Positions 34,415-47,505 of a DNA stretch of 64,000 nt are shown here, in pieces (within the stretch, counting starts at the first letter, position 1; each line of letters opens with the position of its first letter). Source of the stretch: Hydrolagus affinis (taxonomy: Eukaryota); assembly GCA_012026655.1 (NCBI GenBank), contig JAAILG010000539.1:1-64000 (forward strand). The letters run 5' to 3'. The translations under genes were made by a program, and so were the position numbers. The notes under the pieces are model-generated. The model worked only from the letters and a program-made list of their open reading frames with translations, ran no database searches and was not told where the DNA came from.

Positions 34415-36837
34415 ACTTAGTCATAAAAACAACACCTTAGTGATGATTCTATGCCTGGCGGTAACTTTACTTATCTTGGCTACACACTTATTGTTGGCAA
34501 ATCTCATTGGGGTGACTCACAATTGTCAGTAAAATACTGTGAACACTCAAAATTTAGGTAAACTTCTTCATAAAACGAGGCATGAAACCAAATACCTCAA
34601 AATACTAAGCACAAAGAAAAATACATAGGCTACACTATCGCAAAGTAATAAAAACCCACGTCAGTGGTCAATATTCTACATAATGGGACTGAAAGATATA
34701 TCAAGCTTAGTTATCCACTACTATATGGTGTAGTATTTGATCAGGTTCGGTCATGTAGAGCTGTCAAGTTGGAGGTGGTTAACCACTTAACCTTTATTTT
34801 TTGGCTTGGGAATGGTAAAAAAGTAAACAAAAACCACACATAGTACATTAGCCCTCCCTAATGTGAGCTATATAAGTCTGCCAATATGTTGAAAATCCTG
34901 CATAAGAAATGTCAGATATCAATTATACTTAATTTACAAAAGGAGAGTTGGATTTCAAAAGCAATTTGTGAGAGTTTATTTAATATTTACCCTTCAGGAC
35001 TTTTGAGTTAAAAAAATTGGTGTCATACGCAGTAACCATGGAAGTAAACATTTAAAATGCATTCAACACAGAGATTTGCTGCAATCAGTGGTGAGGGATG
35101 ATTTTCTTTCTGAGAACTATTCTGAGCCATTCCTATATATCGTGAAGAATCTCGCTGGCAGCTTTGCTTTGTCGTAGAGCAGCAAATTGTGTACGGACTT
35201 GTCTTTTATTACATACATCACATTATAATCTTTAGGAATTCATCTTTGGTCTTTTCGGTGTGCTCCCTCATCTATCAAACAGATCTGAAATGTTTGTTAA
35301 TTCTTTGCACTTTTGATTTGTAGCTCATCCTGTTCCTCCTGAGGCTCGCATTCAGGCAGTCCTGTTCTTCAACTCACCCTTATGCACAGCCTAGGCTGAT
35401 TTGCATTTTGTATCCCTTCGGCAATCTCCATGGTGGTCTCTATTGTTCACTTAATCTACACTTTTTCAACTAGTTTCAGGCTGCTCCATTGCTAAATCCA
35501 GTCCCAGAAGTGTTGTGTAGAACCATTGCATTATCCCAAATATCTTCCTACTGGGATGAATGAGGCCACCTTCAAATGCTGTAGTTGAGCCCTACAAGAG
35601 CTACAGTATAACTACCGGTATGATCCTCACCAATGTGAGCAGTGTTCCCTCCAAAAGAAAAGCAGATGACGTTAAACACTATCCCATGGAAGCACTTGTC
35701 TCAATTTTAAAGACAAATGCGCATTCAGAGACGGTGAATATTCATGCAAAGCTTATATACAATATAATTTTGTTGTTGTTGTATATACTCGGCCTTGACC
35801 AGCCCTGGTGCAAGAGGCGGCTGGTAACTCAATACATTTCACAAGTTCTGGTTCTGTGAACTCAGAGCTTGGAGCCACCTACTGCACTTGTATGATGATA
35901 GCACACATGTTTTCTTCCACATTTCAGATGGTAAATCATACTCATCTGTTTCCACTCATGGTACTTTCTGTGATCATTACTCTATAAAATAATTTTCGTC
36001 TTGAACTTCTCTGTTTAAAGAGATTGCAAGCAAAGAGAAGCAAGGAAAGGTCATTTAATCCAACCAGAACCCAACCTCTCATTTGGATCCATGGCCTTGA
36101 CACGGCCAGTTTGGGCGTTACTGTAGCCCTCCGCAGCACAGCGAAGAATGTTCTATCCTTGCATAATTAGGGATCAATTTGCTTTTGTTACATGTCAAAA
36201 TGAGTCATTGCACTCATTTTACTCAGGTTCACAACTTGCTCCTCATTTTGTGCTGAACTCACCAGTCTCTCAGCTGCTAATCATCTTCCCTGGTTCTTTA
36301 TAAGGAGTATCTTCACCTTTACTCTTTGTGGAAAGTTAGCCATGTCTCAACTTCCTGTTTTTACAAGAACAACTTACACTTCATGTCGGACCCGTCATGC
36401 AGTATAATGTCACAGAGTGATTTAGAAAGACGGGATTGGGAAGTCAAATCGGAACAATTTGATTTCTGTATTTGCATCTGATATTACTGTGTTCAGTAAA
36501 GCATAACTTAATCTGTATCTGATCAACAGCAAAGCAATACCCAACCAGCTCTGTAGTGCCTGATATACAGCAAAGTATTGCAACAAATCTCAAACATTGA
36601 ATGAATCTGCTCAAGCAAGATTTATCTTGCGCTGGATCAGAAAGCAGACCTGTAACAGATTGTTACAAGAGCAGTTAATAATCATTTGCTGTGAATCTGT
36701 GGCTGACTCGCCTGCTAAAGTCAAGTACAAAGAGTATGGAGTTACATGTTCTACATGTAATTTCAAATCAAACTAAAATGTTCATGTCTTAATCTTGGCA
36801 TTGTCCTATGGAGCAGATAATTTACATCAGGCTGACA

Positions 36838-37085
36838 TAATAATAATAACAATCCTTGCATTTGTTATAGCGCTTTTCACATCTTCTAGACATCTCAAAG
36901 CGCTTCACAGAATATACTGTAAAGTGAATTGAATGTATATATGTGGGTGAAATGCGGCAGCCAATTGCGCACAGCAGCGTCCCACAAACCGTTGTAGATT
37001 GAAATGACCAATTAATTATTTTTTTGTAAGGATTATTATTAGGCGTATGGAGTAAGGAAACTGGTGCAAGGTTTCATCCTGCATC
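36838..37085 (-). mobile_element. Short tRNA-SINE, 5'-truncated
   Basis: Near-identical to 34074-34320. Confidence 0.88.
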
Positions 37086-37199
37086 AACAACCAATGCAAA
37101 TCTAGTGTGTTTTTTGTAGGGGAAAGTTCAGCACATTGTGTTTGAGATGTTAATATATTATTGTATGTTGCTATAACCGGAATCTCGGCATTCCTATAC

Positions 37200-37423
37200 T
37201 CATTTGAAAAGAGAACAGAGTTTCTCTCACCCACATGGCCAACAATCCGCAAATAAAATTTGGTCACTTACTCCATGGCTGTTTATGGAATATTGCAACT
37301 GGCTGATGCATTTCACCCACAAAACACACAGTCACTACACTTTAAAGTATATCTTGTGAAGCGCTTTGAGACATCTCAACGACATAATAAGGCACTATAT
37401 CAAATACAAGGATTATTATTATT
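37200..37423 (+). mobile_element. DeuSINE 3' half
   Basis: GAAAAGAGAACAGAGTTTCTC...TGGCCAACAATC...GTGAAGCGCTTTGAGACATCTC...ATCAAATACAAGGATTATTATT. Confidence 0.8.
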
Positions 37424-37659
37424 GCTGCTGAAAACTATGCTAATGGTAAGAATCCCTATTCACACCATCATTACAGAGGCAACTCTCAGTAACAATATTA
37501 TTCTATACTATCGTGTACTATTTTGGAAACAATAGTTGTAATATGTGCGTACCTTATGACAAAAAACACACCCAAGTTATTCGAGCTGTAGTTCTCTCGT
37601 CCTGTAGTTGATAGGCACAGAAGTGCAGGATTGCACAATCATTGATAGTATGATATAAA

Positions 37660-37990
37660 GTAGGGTGGGGAAGAGAGTCAGATCCAGGAGAGGTGAATAA
37701 GAAGCTCGGGATAGTGAAAGTAAACGTGGAAAAAAATCGTTCAAATATTCAAGGGCAGCAGGACTAGTGGCTACACATTTAGTACAGACAGACAGGTTTA
37801 GGACTGGCATGAGGAAGTATTCCTTTCACAGAGGAGTCCCAGTTGGAACTCATTAAAAGGAGGGTGGCATTTGACTCAGATATGAAACAGATTGATGCTG
37901 TAATGGAAAGAAAATAGGGTGTGTAATCTGAAAGGATGAGAACAAATAATCAAAAGCATCTTTATTTTCACCTATCATAGTATCTTATGA
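37660..37990 (+). mobile_element. Degenerate CR1 3' end
   Basis: AGGTTTAGGACTGGCATGAGGAAGTATTCCTTTCACAGAGG encodes RFRTGMRKYSF, followed by TGGAACTCATTA (WNSL). Confidence 0.6.
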
Positions 37991-39551
37991 TATCTAGCAT
38001 AGCTTTTATATGTCTCTGCCAATATGTATCGTAAACTGGGGAAACTGCACACCCAGCATTATAGAGCCAATACAGGAACAAAGCACTAGGTGGGTAGGTG
38101 ATGGAACAGTGAGCTTGTGTGGCACCTCAGATTGATCCAGTAACCATAAAGATATTATTCAGGCACTATTGCATATATACAATGAAATATCTTGCACATT
38201 TACCATGATATCTGTGTAGCATAAACACCAGCCTCAATATTTACAAGATCCATTGCACTTAGATCATCATCAGAACGATTTGAATAATTTCCAAAGGTTT
38301 GAAATGCATACCTCCTCCACATGAATCCCAATAGATCCAGTTCATGGCTTCACCAAGACGACTCAAATCGATTGCACAACATCAATGCTGATTCTGAGCT
38401 TCTTCTAGACTGGGTCATTTGTTAACATGGAGCCAGGTTGTGTAAAATGTTGGAATGAGTTTCCATCCATAAACAGTAGCCTACCATTTTCACAATTAAT
38501 TTACAAAGGCATTGTTGGAAAGTGAGGAGGGAAATATATATTTTCATTGGAGGTTTACTTTGTGTCATTTGTAAATGGGATTATTTATTCTCTCAGGCAC
38601 AGTACTCTACTGCATAAATGCATCCAAAGTTTTCTTTAAAAAAAAACTCCCATTACACTAATGTTGCAGGAACCAATTTTTAGCAAATTTCCACCTAAAG
38701 CTAAACAGAGTTTTAGCTCTTTCTACCTATCCATTACCTAATACAGTATAATGTTTCTGATTAGCAGAATATACTGTAAGTTAAGCACATCCATATCACT
38801 GACAGCATCAACATTACCAGCAGTACATCTATCTTTGAATATCAATGATACAAATGTTCAAAGGAGTTTAGAAGTTAGCAAGTACAAACTAGGCAACTCT
38901 TGGAAGTTATTTACAGACCCTGAGACAACCCTAGTTTCAGCAGCTGGGAGGGAGCGCTAATGATGGCCTTGGGGAATCAGAACTTATAAAGACTTCAACA
39001 AAGGAAGAAGAAACACCTTTATACCCAATGCACCCAATATCTAACCACACACACAATGCTGTAATCTCTCAAATGTTAGCTAGAAAGAACAAGACATTTT
39101 CATATTTCACCTTACTTTGATATATTATTGCATCTACCTGTTTTCACTTGAGTTATTCAAGTGCTTCCTGTGAACTCAGGAAAATGGAAAGCAAATATGT
39201 ACACATCAGGGCAACACATTCGCAAAGCAGAAATAGAGTGTGCTAGCTCAGAAAACATAAAGGATTGAAAGTACTTGTGCTGGGAATGTACTGCAGTGCA
39301 GGTGTTAAAGCTAGGGTTAGGATTTTGTTAAATGAGAGACCTGATGAAAGAACAAAGGGCACCAATACCATTGGAGGAAAAATGGCTCTCAGGCAGCATC
39401 AATAAGACATAATTCTACAAAGAATCCACAGTTGAGTGGAACCAGTTACTTATACTGCACATTACACCATAAATATTGATCTAGTGTTTTCCTAGTTCTA
39501 ATGCATGAACGTTAATTTACCTTTTGGAGCATTTGGATTATTTTTCTTGAT

Positions 39552-39790
39552 AAACAACAACAACTTCAATTTATATAGCGCCCTCCACACTGGATGGCAT
39601 CTCAGAGCATTCACACTAGCAGATCCCGGGATCGAGCCAGGGGCAGGGGTAGAAAGGTGATCATAGCCGCGGTCGAAGAGAAAGGTCTTAAGCTGTGACC
39701 TGAAACTGGAAATAGAGGGGGCAAGGCGAAGGGAGTGAGGAAGGGAGTTCCTGAGGTAGGGGGGTGCAGAGGAGTGGAGGGAATATTTTG
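39552..39790 (-). mobile_element. L2 LINE 3' fragment (second subfamily)
   Basis: Translation LRNSLPHSLRLAPSISSFRSQLKTFLF, with a (CAA)n tail. Confidence 0.85.
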
Positions 39791-40054
39791 AATATCTAAA
39801 CAATAAGGCAGCACACCATTTGCAACATGTTAATAACTATTATGTTATTACAAAGGAGAACATAAGAATGAAGCTTTTTTTAAAAAAAATTGTGCTTAAT
39901 TTGACAATTAACGGTGGTCATCCAGTGCTTGGTGCACTAAAGTAATGACCATTGAGAGATGGAAGATGTACCTGTGATCACCTGCTCCCTGAGCAATCGA
40001 TCTCAGTTTGGTTCAATGAGGGAGGTAGCTATAAAGAGGAAAATCACAGGCAAG

Positions 40055-40165
40055 ATAATAATAATACTTCTTGTATTTGATATAATGTCTTTCAAGTTGG
40101 GACAATGTCTCAAAGAGTTTCACTTGATCAGTGTGAAGTGCAATGGTTGTGTATTTTTATAGGTG
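40055..40165 (-). mobile_element. SINE tail fragment
   Basis: (TAA)n CTTGTATTTGATATA...TGTCTCAAAGAGTTTCAC. Confidence 0.6.
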
Positions 40166-43100
40166 GCAGGCAAGCCCTTAAGCACAATTGTCAAATCTCT
40201 TAGCAGCTAATCACATATTATCACTCTACATAACAGCATTGAGATGAACAAGTGACCAGATACCCTACTTACTCGCTCAGTCAGAGAACTCTCTGAAAAC
40301 AAACTAAAGAGAAGAAAAATTAATTATTTGATTATGAGAATTAAATAATATTTGTACAAAAATCCCACTTCTTTCTTTTTGTCTGTACTTCCTAGACGAT
40401 ACCGCAATGCTTTGGAGCCTGAACTTGTTGATAATATAATTTTTCAGAAATACTCTTGAAAAACAGAACCAGCAGAGGTAGACACATCTGTGATCACTTT
40501 ATTAGCATAATTACTGTTAACTACAAGCATTTTTTGCATTTGTCCTTATTCTGAAAATGCTCTTTACCTATTCTGGGTCCTAAAGAAGCCAAGTGTTTTC
40601 TTGTACTCAGGTGACTGGATCACTTATAATGAATAACAACAAGATGCTCAAAACCACTCTAAATGATTATTGCAAAAAATATTCAAATTTGGGAAAATAC
40701 ACAGATTCAAGGGCTTTATTGGAGCCAGGACCTTCCACAGAATAAAGTTACTGCAGCACTTGAGAATAACAGCCATTTGATATGTAAACCAGACATCCAG
40801 GCTTTTGACTGCTCTACTGATTTCTATATAAAACAGGCAAAAATGCAAAATGCAATCGAATGTTTGACATTAAATAACTAGCACAGCTATACAATGTACA
40901 TATAACCTCCAATGACAGGATAATTATTTTAAGCTGGCAATATATTTATCCCTGGCCATTGTCCGGCCATTTCTAATACTTGTTTCTATTTTTGTTGAGA
41001 AAGAACACAAAGGTATTAATAAAGCATTGATCTTTGTGATTCAGAGAACCTGCATTATGTTAAATCATACTATTTTAAGAAAAAAAGGTGCCTACTTCTT
41101 TTTAAAAGTATAATAATATATGTTTTTAACCTCCAAATGATAACAAAAGGCAGAAGAGTTGTACTGTCACCTAGTGGGCAAATGTTTGCAAGAATTTGTT
41201 CAATATGTTAGACAATAGTGCACTGAATGGGCGTGAAGCACACACAATGTATTATTGGGGAAAAAAACAATGCTTTTGGATTAAAGTGTATGATGCAAAC
41301 TTTATTTGTAGTGGAGTCCAGACACATATCAGATGAAAGAGTCTGAATGAAATCAAAAACAGAGGACTTCAACCATTAAACTCACCTTGTAATACGGTTG
41401 TAGCTCGCAAAGGTTTGGGAATTTAATGATTGAAAATGATTGGTAATTCAGAATGATGAGGATTCCACCTCAAACTGATTAAACAGTACAACTCTTCAAA
41501 ACGTTCATGTGGAAGTTATTAAACCCAGCAGCAATTTTATCTATCATTGATTTTTAAAATATATATATATTTTAAATAGTCATGAAAATGAAGAAGAATT
41601 AATCTTGAGGTTCTATGCCTCTACATATAGAGTTATCTTCAAATCTTACAAAGAAAACTAATCTTTGAAATAGACATCTCAAGCAATCTAGCATGAAGTA
41701 CTTTGAGGTACATGAAACCGCTACCAAGAAAGGAAGAGGCTTTATTATCAGGTTTTATGGAGACCATTAATTTCTAATGATGGTCATAAGACCATTAGGA
41801 TGTACTGCCAATTTGTCTTAATGTATGATGTTGGCCCTTCTTATCATCCTCTTAAGAAGTTCTATCCAGTTCCAGAATCATGTAGTATATCAACATTTGG
41901 ACACTTTCCTTCACACAAAAGCAGGAACAAACACGAAAAAAATTGAAATAATTTGGCCACATATTGGTGTCATAAATAGCCTTGAATAGGCTTCCGCCAG
42001 ATCAGTTTGCATCAATATGGGTTATCTTTCTTTTCAATTAAGTCTGCACATTCCACCTCAAATTCTTGCTAATATGTTTAGAGTTGAGAGCACGTGGCCT
42101 AACTTGTTTAAGCTTGACACACTGAGGACCCTGTAGCACCAAGGGAGAACCTTCAATTCCCAGCATTTGAATGCCAAGCTGGCATGATCCTTTTTGGCCA
42201 ACTCAATCCACTAGTAAAGCCTGTTTTCAAGCAATCAAAACATTAACAAAGAGAATCACAATTGTGTCATTTGAAAATGACATCAAGTAGGTGCAGTATA
42301 CCAACAGATGATTTTAAAACACTGCTGAGAGCTTGTAACACTATGGTAAAAGAGCAACCAAGGTTTTTTTTAACCGACTGATGATAAAGTCAGTTATTGG
42401 CACATAAGAGCTATAAAAAGTTTAGCAGACTAGTAAATATTTAATTAGTTGTTCCAACTATATCAAGTGCATATTTTCACACATTTGCAAAACATTATTT
42501 GTTGCACTGTATTTTGAATAGAAGGAGGTGTAATGCACATTGTTTTTAAAATCACAAATGTGCAGCAAACATGATTAGTCCAAAATACTCTGACCTAGAA
42601 ATACAGCCACTTTATTCTTTATATTAAAATCCTGTGAAGTATTTTGAAATGGTTTGATGACTTGATAAGACGATTTCAAAAACAAGCATTATTATTGTTG
42701 TATTGAATCCAAAACCTGAGATTCAAGTTTTGGTGATGTGAAGCCCATAAACCTAAAGGACTTATTTGAATGATTGGCTTCCTTTGAAAGGGTTTAATGA
42801 CAAACTTTTAATTAGGTAAAATCAAAAAGTTTCATCATTTTAAGAGAGAAGTGTTAAAAAGGCTCAGATTCTAGCCTCGTTTTAGTTCTACTGTCTGGCA
42901 GACATTAGCAACAAGGAGTGACATCAAGAAGACTTAGATAAATAAACAGTGGCTTGATAAGACTGCACAGTTCAGGCAGGTTACATGACCTGACCTGCCT
43001 TACAACAAACACAATATAAGGAATTCAGTCTCTTTGTAGTAAAACATAAAATTCAAAATGCAGCATTGTACATTACACAAAATTATAATGGAGCCCTATT

Positions 43101-44821
43101 GAAATAGCTGAACAGTACGGTAAACATTTTCTGTTTAAGATAGGAGTGACTGTTGACATTCGGAGCCAGCTGTACTATAATAAAGTATAATAATAATATT
43201 AAGTATATCATAAATGAAAGGATTATAAAACTTAATATATCAGTATATAAACAGAGAGATGTTATGTGAACTGGTTCATGATCTTTAAATGGAATTAATC
43301 TAATTCTTCTGGACACATGGAACAACTGATCAGGAAACCAAGAGATTCTGTGCTATCTACGATGACAGAATTTGAACCTAACTTTTGAACTTTTCCTGAA
43401 GTTATTTAACAATTATTTTTTTCCTTCAGGAAACATTCAGAAAAGTTCACTTTAAACCAAAGAAACAAGAAACCCTGACTCATCCCAAACTCTCACTATA
43501 AACTAATAAAATAAGTAACTGAGGCATGGACGAACAGGGGATCCACTAGATATCTCAGTAGATATCTCAGTAACTAACAGTCACTCAGGCCAAAAGTGTC
43601 AGAAAGCTTTGTAACCATTTGCTACACAGAGCTCTGAAATTGGATGCCATTATTTTCAGAAGGACATATTGACAGTAACAGATTTGATATCCTGGTTTAT
43701 TTGTGACTGCATTAATGCTTTGATTTTGTAAAACTGTTCTATTATTTTGAACACAATTAAAGACGGGTACACAGCAAGATATATTTGCCCTATATATCAA
43801 ACACATGTTTGATATGATTTGCTCCTGCATTTCACCCTTGTGTGTCATGAACTTCTATTTGCAAGTCTATTTTGCTAGTTGTTTAAACTGGATACTCCTT
43901 TAAAAGTAAATGGACAATTAACAAAAGGGCCAATAAGAATAAGATCAAAAAGTACACCAGGACACTGGGAGTGAGACAAAGGGAGTGGTTTAGAATAGTG
44001 GATATTTGAGTGTTTGGCTTAACAAATAAAGAAGATTAATAACTTGATTTGGATTGAGATATATAACATAAACCATATCTAAACATGTGTGCAGAAGGAC
44101 TTACAGGTGTCTTTAGTTATACAATTAAGCACCAATGAGAAAGTTTACAGGTCTGTACATGTTTTCTACCAAGTACTCGCGTAGAATGAAAGTGTAACAC
44201 CGAACAACTAACTGTGAACATGTAACTACAGTATCTTTGTCCATCATCAACACTAATGGATCTCCATTGGTGCCAGTAAAATTTCCCCAGTGCTGCTTTT
44301 TTCTCACCAGTGTTGGTGCCCAATCCCATGCTTCCTCAGTATACATCTTCAAACTAGAGTATCTCAATACTGATGTTTAGTTCAAGTGAGTATGGTGAGG
44401 CAGCTGTGATGTATAGTGCCATTCAACTTGTTCTGCAACGACAGCACTAATGTTATATTATCGGTACAACTGAGTACTGTGTTGCACTGCTTTTATCTCT
44501 CTGACATACTTGCAGCATTGGTATCACATGTGCACGATGTGTACAGATATGTTTAGAGGAACACATTGTACTACAGTAATCATCATTTCAAATAATACTT
44601 ACCTCTAATGGTTTATTCTCCGCCAAAGTCCACAGTTTGTACACTTTCCAAGACTTCTCAAGTAAAGTTGTTTAACCAGAGGAAGTTGTTTGAAGTTTTT
44701 GACCATGTGAGCAATGATGATTGAGTGGGGATAATCTGGTGCATGGAAAATTCTTACTGAGTGCGTTCACTCTCCTTTCTCACAATTTTTACTTTCATTT
44801 TCAATAACTCTACATTTATAG

Positions 44822-45078
44822 ACACATTGGCTGCCATGTTTGCCTATAAAATACACAATCATGGTATACACAGCATATCCTGGGAAGGCTTTGAGGCATC
44901 CTTCCAATGTAAAAGTGCCACATCAAATGTAAGGGTTACTGTTATTATTGTTTTAGGGAAAGCCCTCATGGTGCAGTGGATATAGTATACCAGGATCTTG
45001 CTGCTTCCAATATACCTGTATGCTTTGTGACGTCCTCCTGATGCGAAAGGCACTATACAAGAGTAATTTTGTTGTTGT
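44822..45078 (+). mobile_element. SINE 3' end followed by an L2 tail
   Basis: ATTGGCTGCCATGTTTGCC...ATCAAATGTAAGGGTTACTGTTATTATT, then GACGTCCTCCTGATGCGAAAGGCACTATACAA..TAATTTTGTTGTTG. Confidence 0.65.
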
Positions 45079-47392
45079 ATTAGAACTTATCTTTTACAGT
45101 TTTAGCTTTCTCTAATACTGTATGTAATATAATACAGTACGTATATTATATACTGACAACCTTCCGTGCACTAAAACAATGCTTCACTTAAGTGTTCCAT
45201 TTCACGCCATCCACATTCTTGTAAACATCCTACTAGGTCATCTGAGTCACCAAGACACCATTGATGCTTTAGACCATACATACGTACCCAAACTTCTCTG
45301 TTTTATCTAGGACCAATTTCCTCTCTTTAAAAAATCTGTTCTTCCATTATTATCCACAAGAACCTCCTTCAAAAAAACATAACTGTGATACATTTTCTAG
45401 TGATCCACTTTCTGCATGAATTCCACACCCCACAACTGGTAACTTTCACTTTTCCTACCATTCAGTTTTAGAAGCTTGACCTGCACATTGTAGCAGATGC
45501 TTCATCATTAGTTGTTATAATTTATTCAATTCTGATCATTTAGAAATGCCGGACGTTCCTTGTGATTTCATCTGTGTTTTCTCAAACATTTTGTTGCTCC
45601 TGTCTGTAACGGGAAAGGAAAGTCAAGCCCGTGGAGCCTAAGTGAACAGTAGGATAAATGCAAAGTAAATCTCTCAGTGAGGTTCGGTAAAGCTCAATGA
45701 TGAATGAGACTTTCAAAAGGCAAGTTTTTAATGCTAAAATTCATGTAATTAATAGAGGCAAAGCAACTCACGTCCCCATGCTCTAAAAAAAAATGTAGTC
45801 TGAGGTTAAATTAACCATTGCCCATTGCTTTTCAACATCTTGAAAGTTGCCCTATGACACCCGTGAAAAACAGATAGCATGAAAAAAGAGTCACGAGCAG
45901 AGCAAAAGGCACATGTAGAGGTAACCATTGTGAAAAAAAATTGGAGCTCCTTCCATACAAAACAGTGATATAGGGCTGCACCAACACGTTAAGAAAATAC
46001 CTTGTGTGCAGACAGAATGTTTTTGTTTGGCACTGGCTATGCTATGACAGATGTTCCTCGTGAGCTGTTGATACAAACTGACTTAGCGAGTCCAGGTCTC
46101 CCTGTTCCACATGTGTCTCTATTCCCGTTTCACTCTACCTGAGCTCTTTTACCAACCTACCTTCCATTAGTATCTACATGGCCACACAGCTATTAATTCT
46201 AAAGCTCCAACTCAACTGCAACTCACAGGTCACTGGAAAATTCCATACATGACGATAATAGGTAAATAATCTGCAAGTCGATCAGGGAAATTCAATTTTC
46301 ATGCTGATTTTAGATATATAATCATTGGCTTTCAAATTATTACACAAAACGTTAAGCCAACCCTCAAAGTGTAATCAAAAAGTAATCTAATTGCATTTAC
46401 TTGGGATTGTCAGAAAATGCACTTTGTAACGAGATTCTTTGGTTCTGAAGGAAAGGCAGTACATTGGTAATGAGGCAGAACATGTGTATTTTAACTGTCT
46501 GTAACAAACAGGGACTACTATTGAATTTATTTTGGTTGGGAATATGCTGAATGCAAACTTGCTTAAAATGCACAAAAACTCTTTCAACCATGAATATTTA
46601 GGCATTTTGGCAATAGGCTGCACTACATTACAGGTAAAATAACTTAAAATAAGATGACTAGGACCATAAATCACTTATTTCTCTGGAAGTCTTTTGAGGT
46701 CCAGTTCATTTCCACCCAGTGGTCATAAATTATTCTCACAAGAAAGGTTGGTTTTTTGCTCAGCTAACGTGGATAGCCTTCAGTGTGTAATAATGGAATC
46801 ATCCAAAGTCTGAACTGTTTTAGCACATGGGATTTGGGAAGAGTTTAGTGCAGACCTGATCTCCGAAACTGCCATCATCTTAGACGTGTACTTTGTCATA
46901 CTCAAATGAAGTCGGACTTTCGTATCAGTGGAACACTGTTTTTAGTCTATTAATAGATTTGCTTTACAATGTCAGATTTTTTTTTAGTAAGAGCTGCTTT
47001 AGAAATGACGTAACTCCTCAGATTTCATACTTGAATATCTTTCTGTTCCAAAGCTGTTTCCAATTTACAAATCCAGATTGTTAGTATAAATATTGCAACT
47101 ATTATACCCACTGTTAAAATACTGCATTTTTTAAAAAAGAATGCATTCCCATCTGTCAAGATTTCCCATATGTTTTTTACATATCAAATGCAAGGATTAT
47201 TATTACATATGTAATACTGCATCCATTCTATTGCTCAGATGACATCTCGTAATGTAAATATATTTTATTTTTGCAATCCCTTTCTTATATTATGGATATT
47301 TCACCTTCATGCTACTTAATTGATATACAACATCTATTGTTTACATTTGGGAATATTAAAACACACTTAAGTATGTAACTAAATCTTAAAGT

Positions 47393-47505
47393 TTAATAAT
47401 AATAATCCTTGCATTTGATATGGCGCTTTTCACATCTTCTGGACGTCTCAAAGCTCTTCACAGAATATACTGTAAATTGAATTGACTGTATATTTGTGGG
47501 CGAAA
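47393..47505 (-). mobile_element. SINE 3' tail
   Basis: (TAA)nTCCTTGCATTTGATATGGCGCTTTTCACATCTTCTGGACGTCTCAAAG...TTTGTGGGCGAAA. Confidence 0.85.

Noticed and set aside
35150-36350. Possible decayed Harbinger transposase on the minus strand (VLHN-like motif near 35510)
   Set aside because: Multiple stops and frameshifts, with only a 4-residue motif match.
41386-41475. Cryptic minus-strand exon ending CAAG|GTGAG
   Set aside because: The donor is good but the acceptor is weak, there is an immediate stop in the slc25a21 frame, and no homology.
43548-43572. 12-bp tandem duplication TAGATATCTCAG
   Set aside because: An ordinary slippage duplication.
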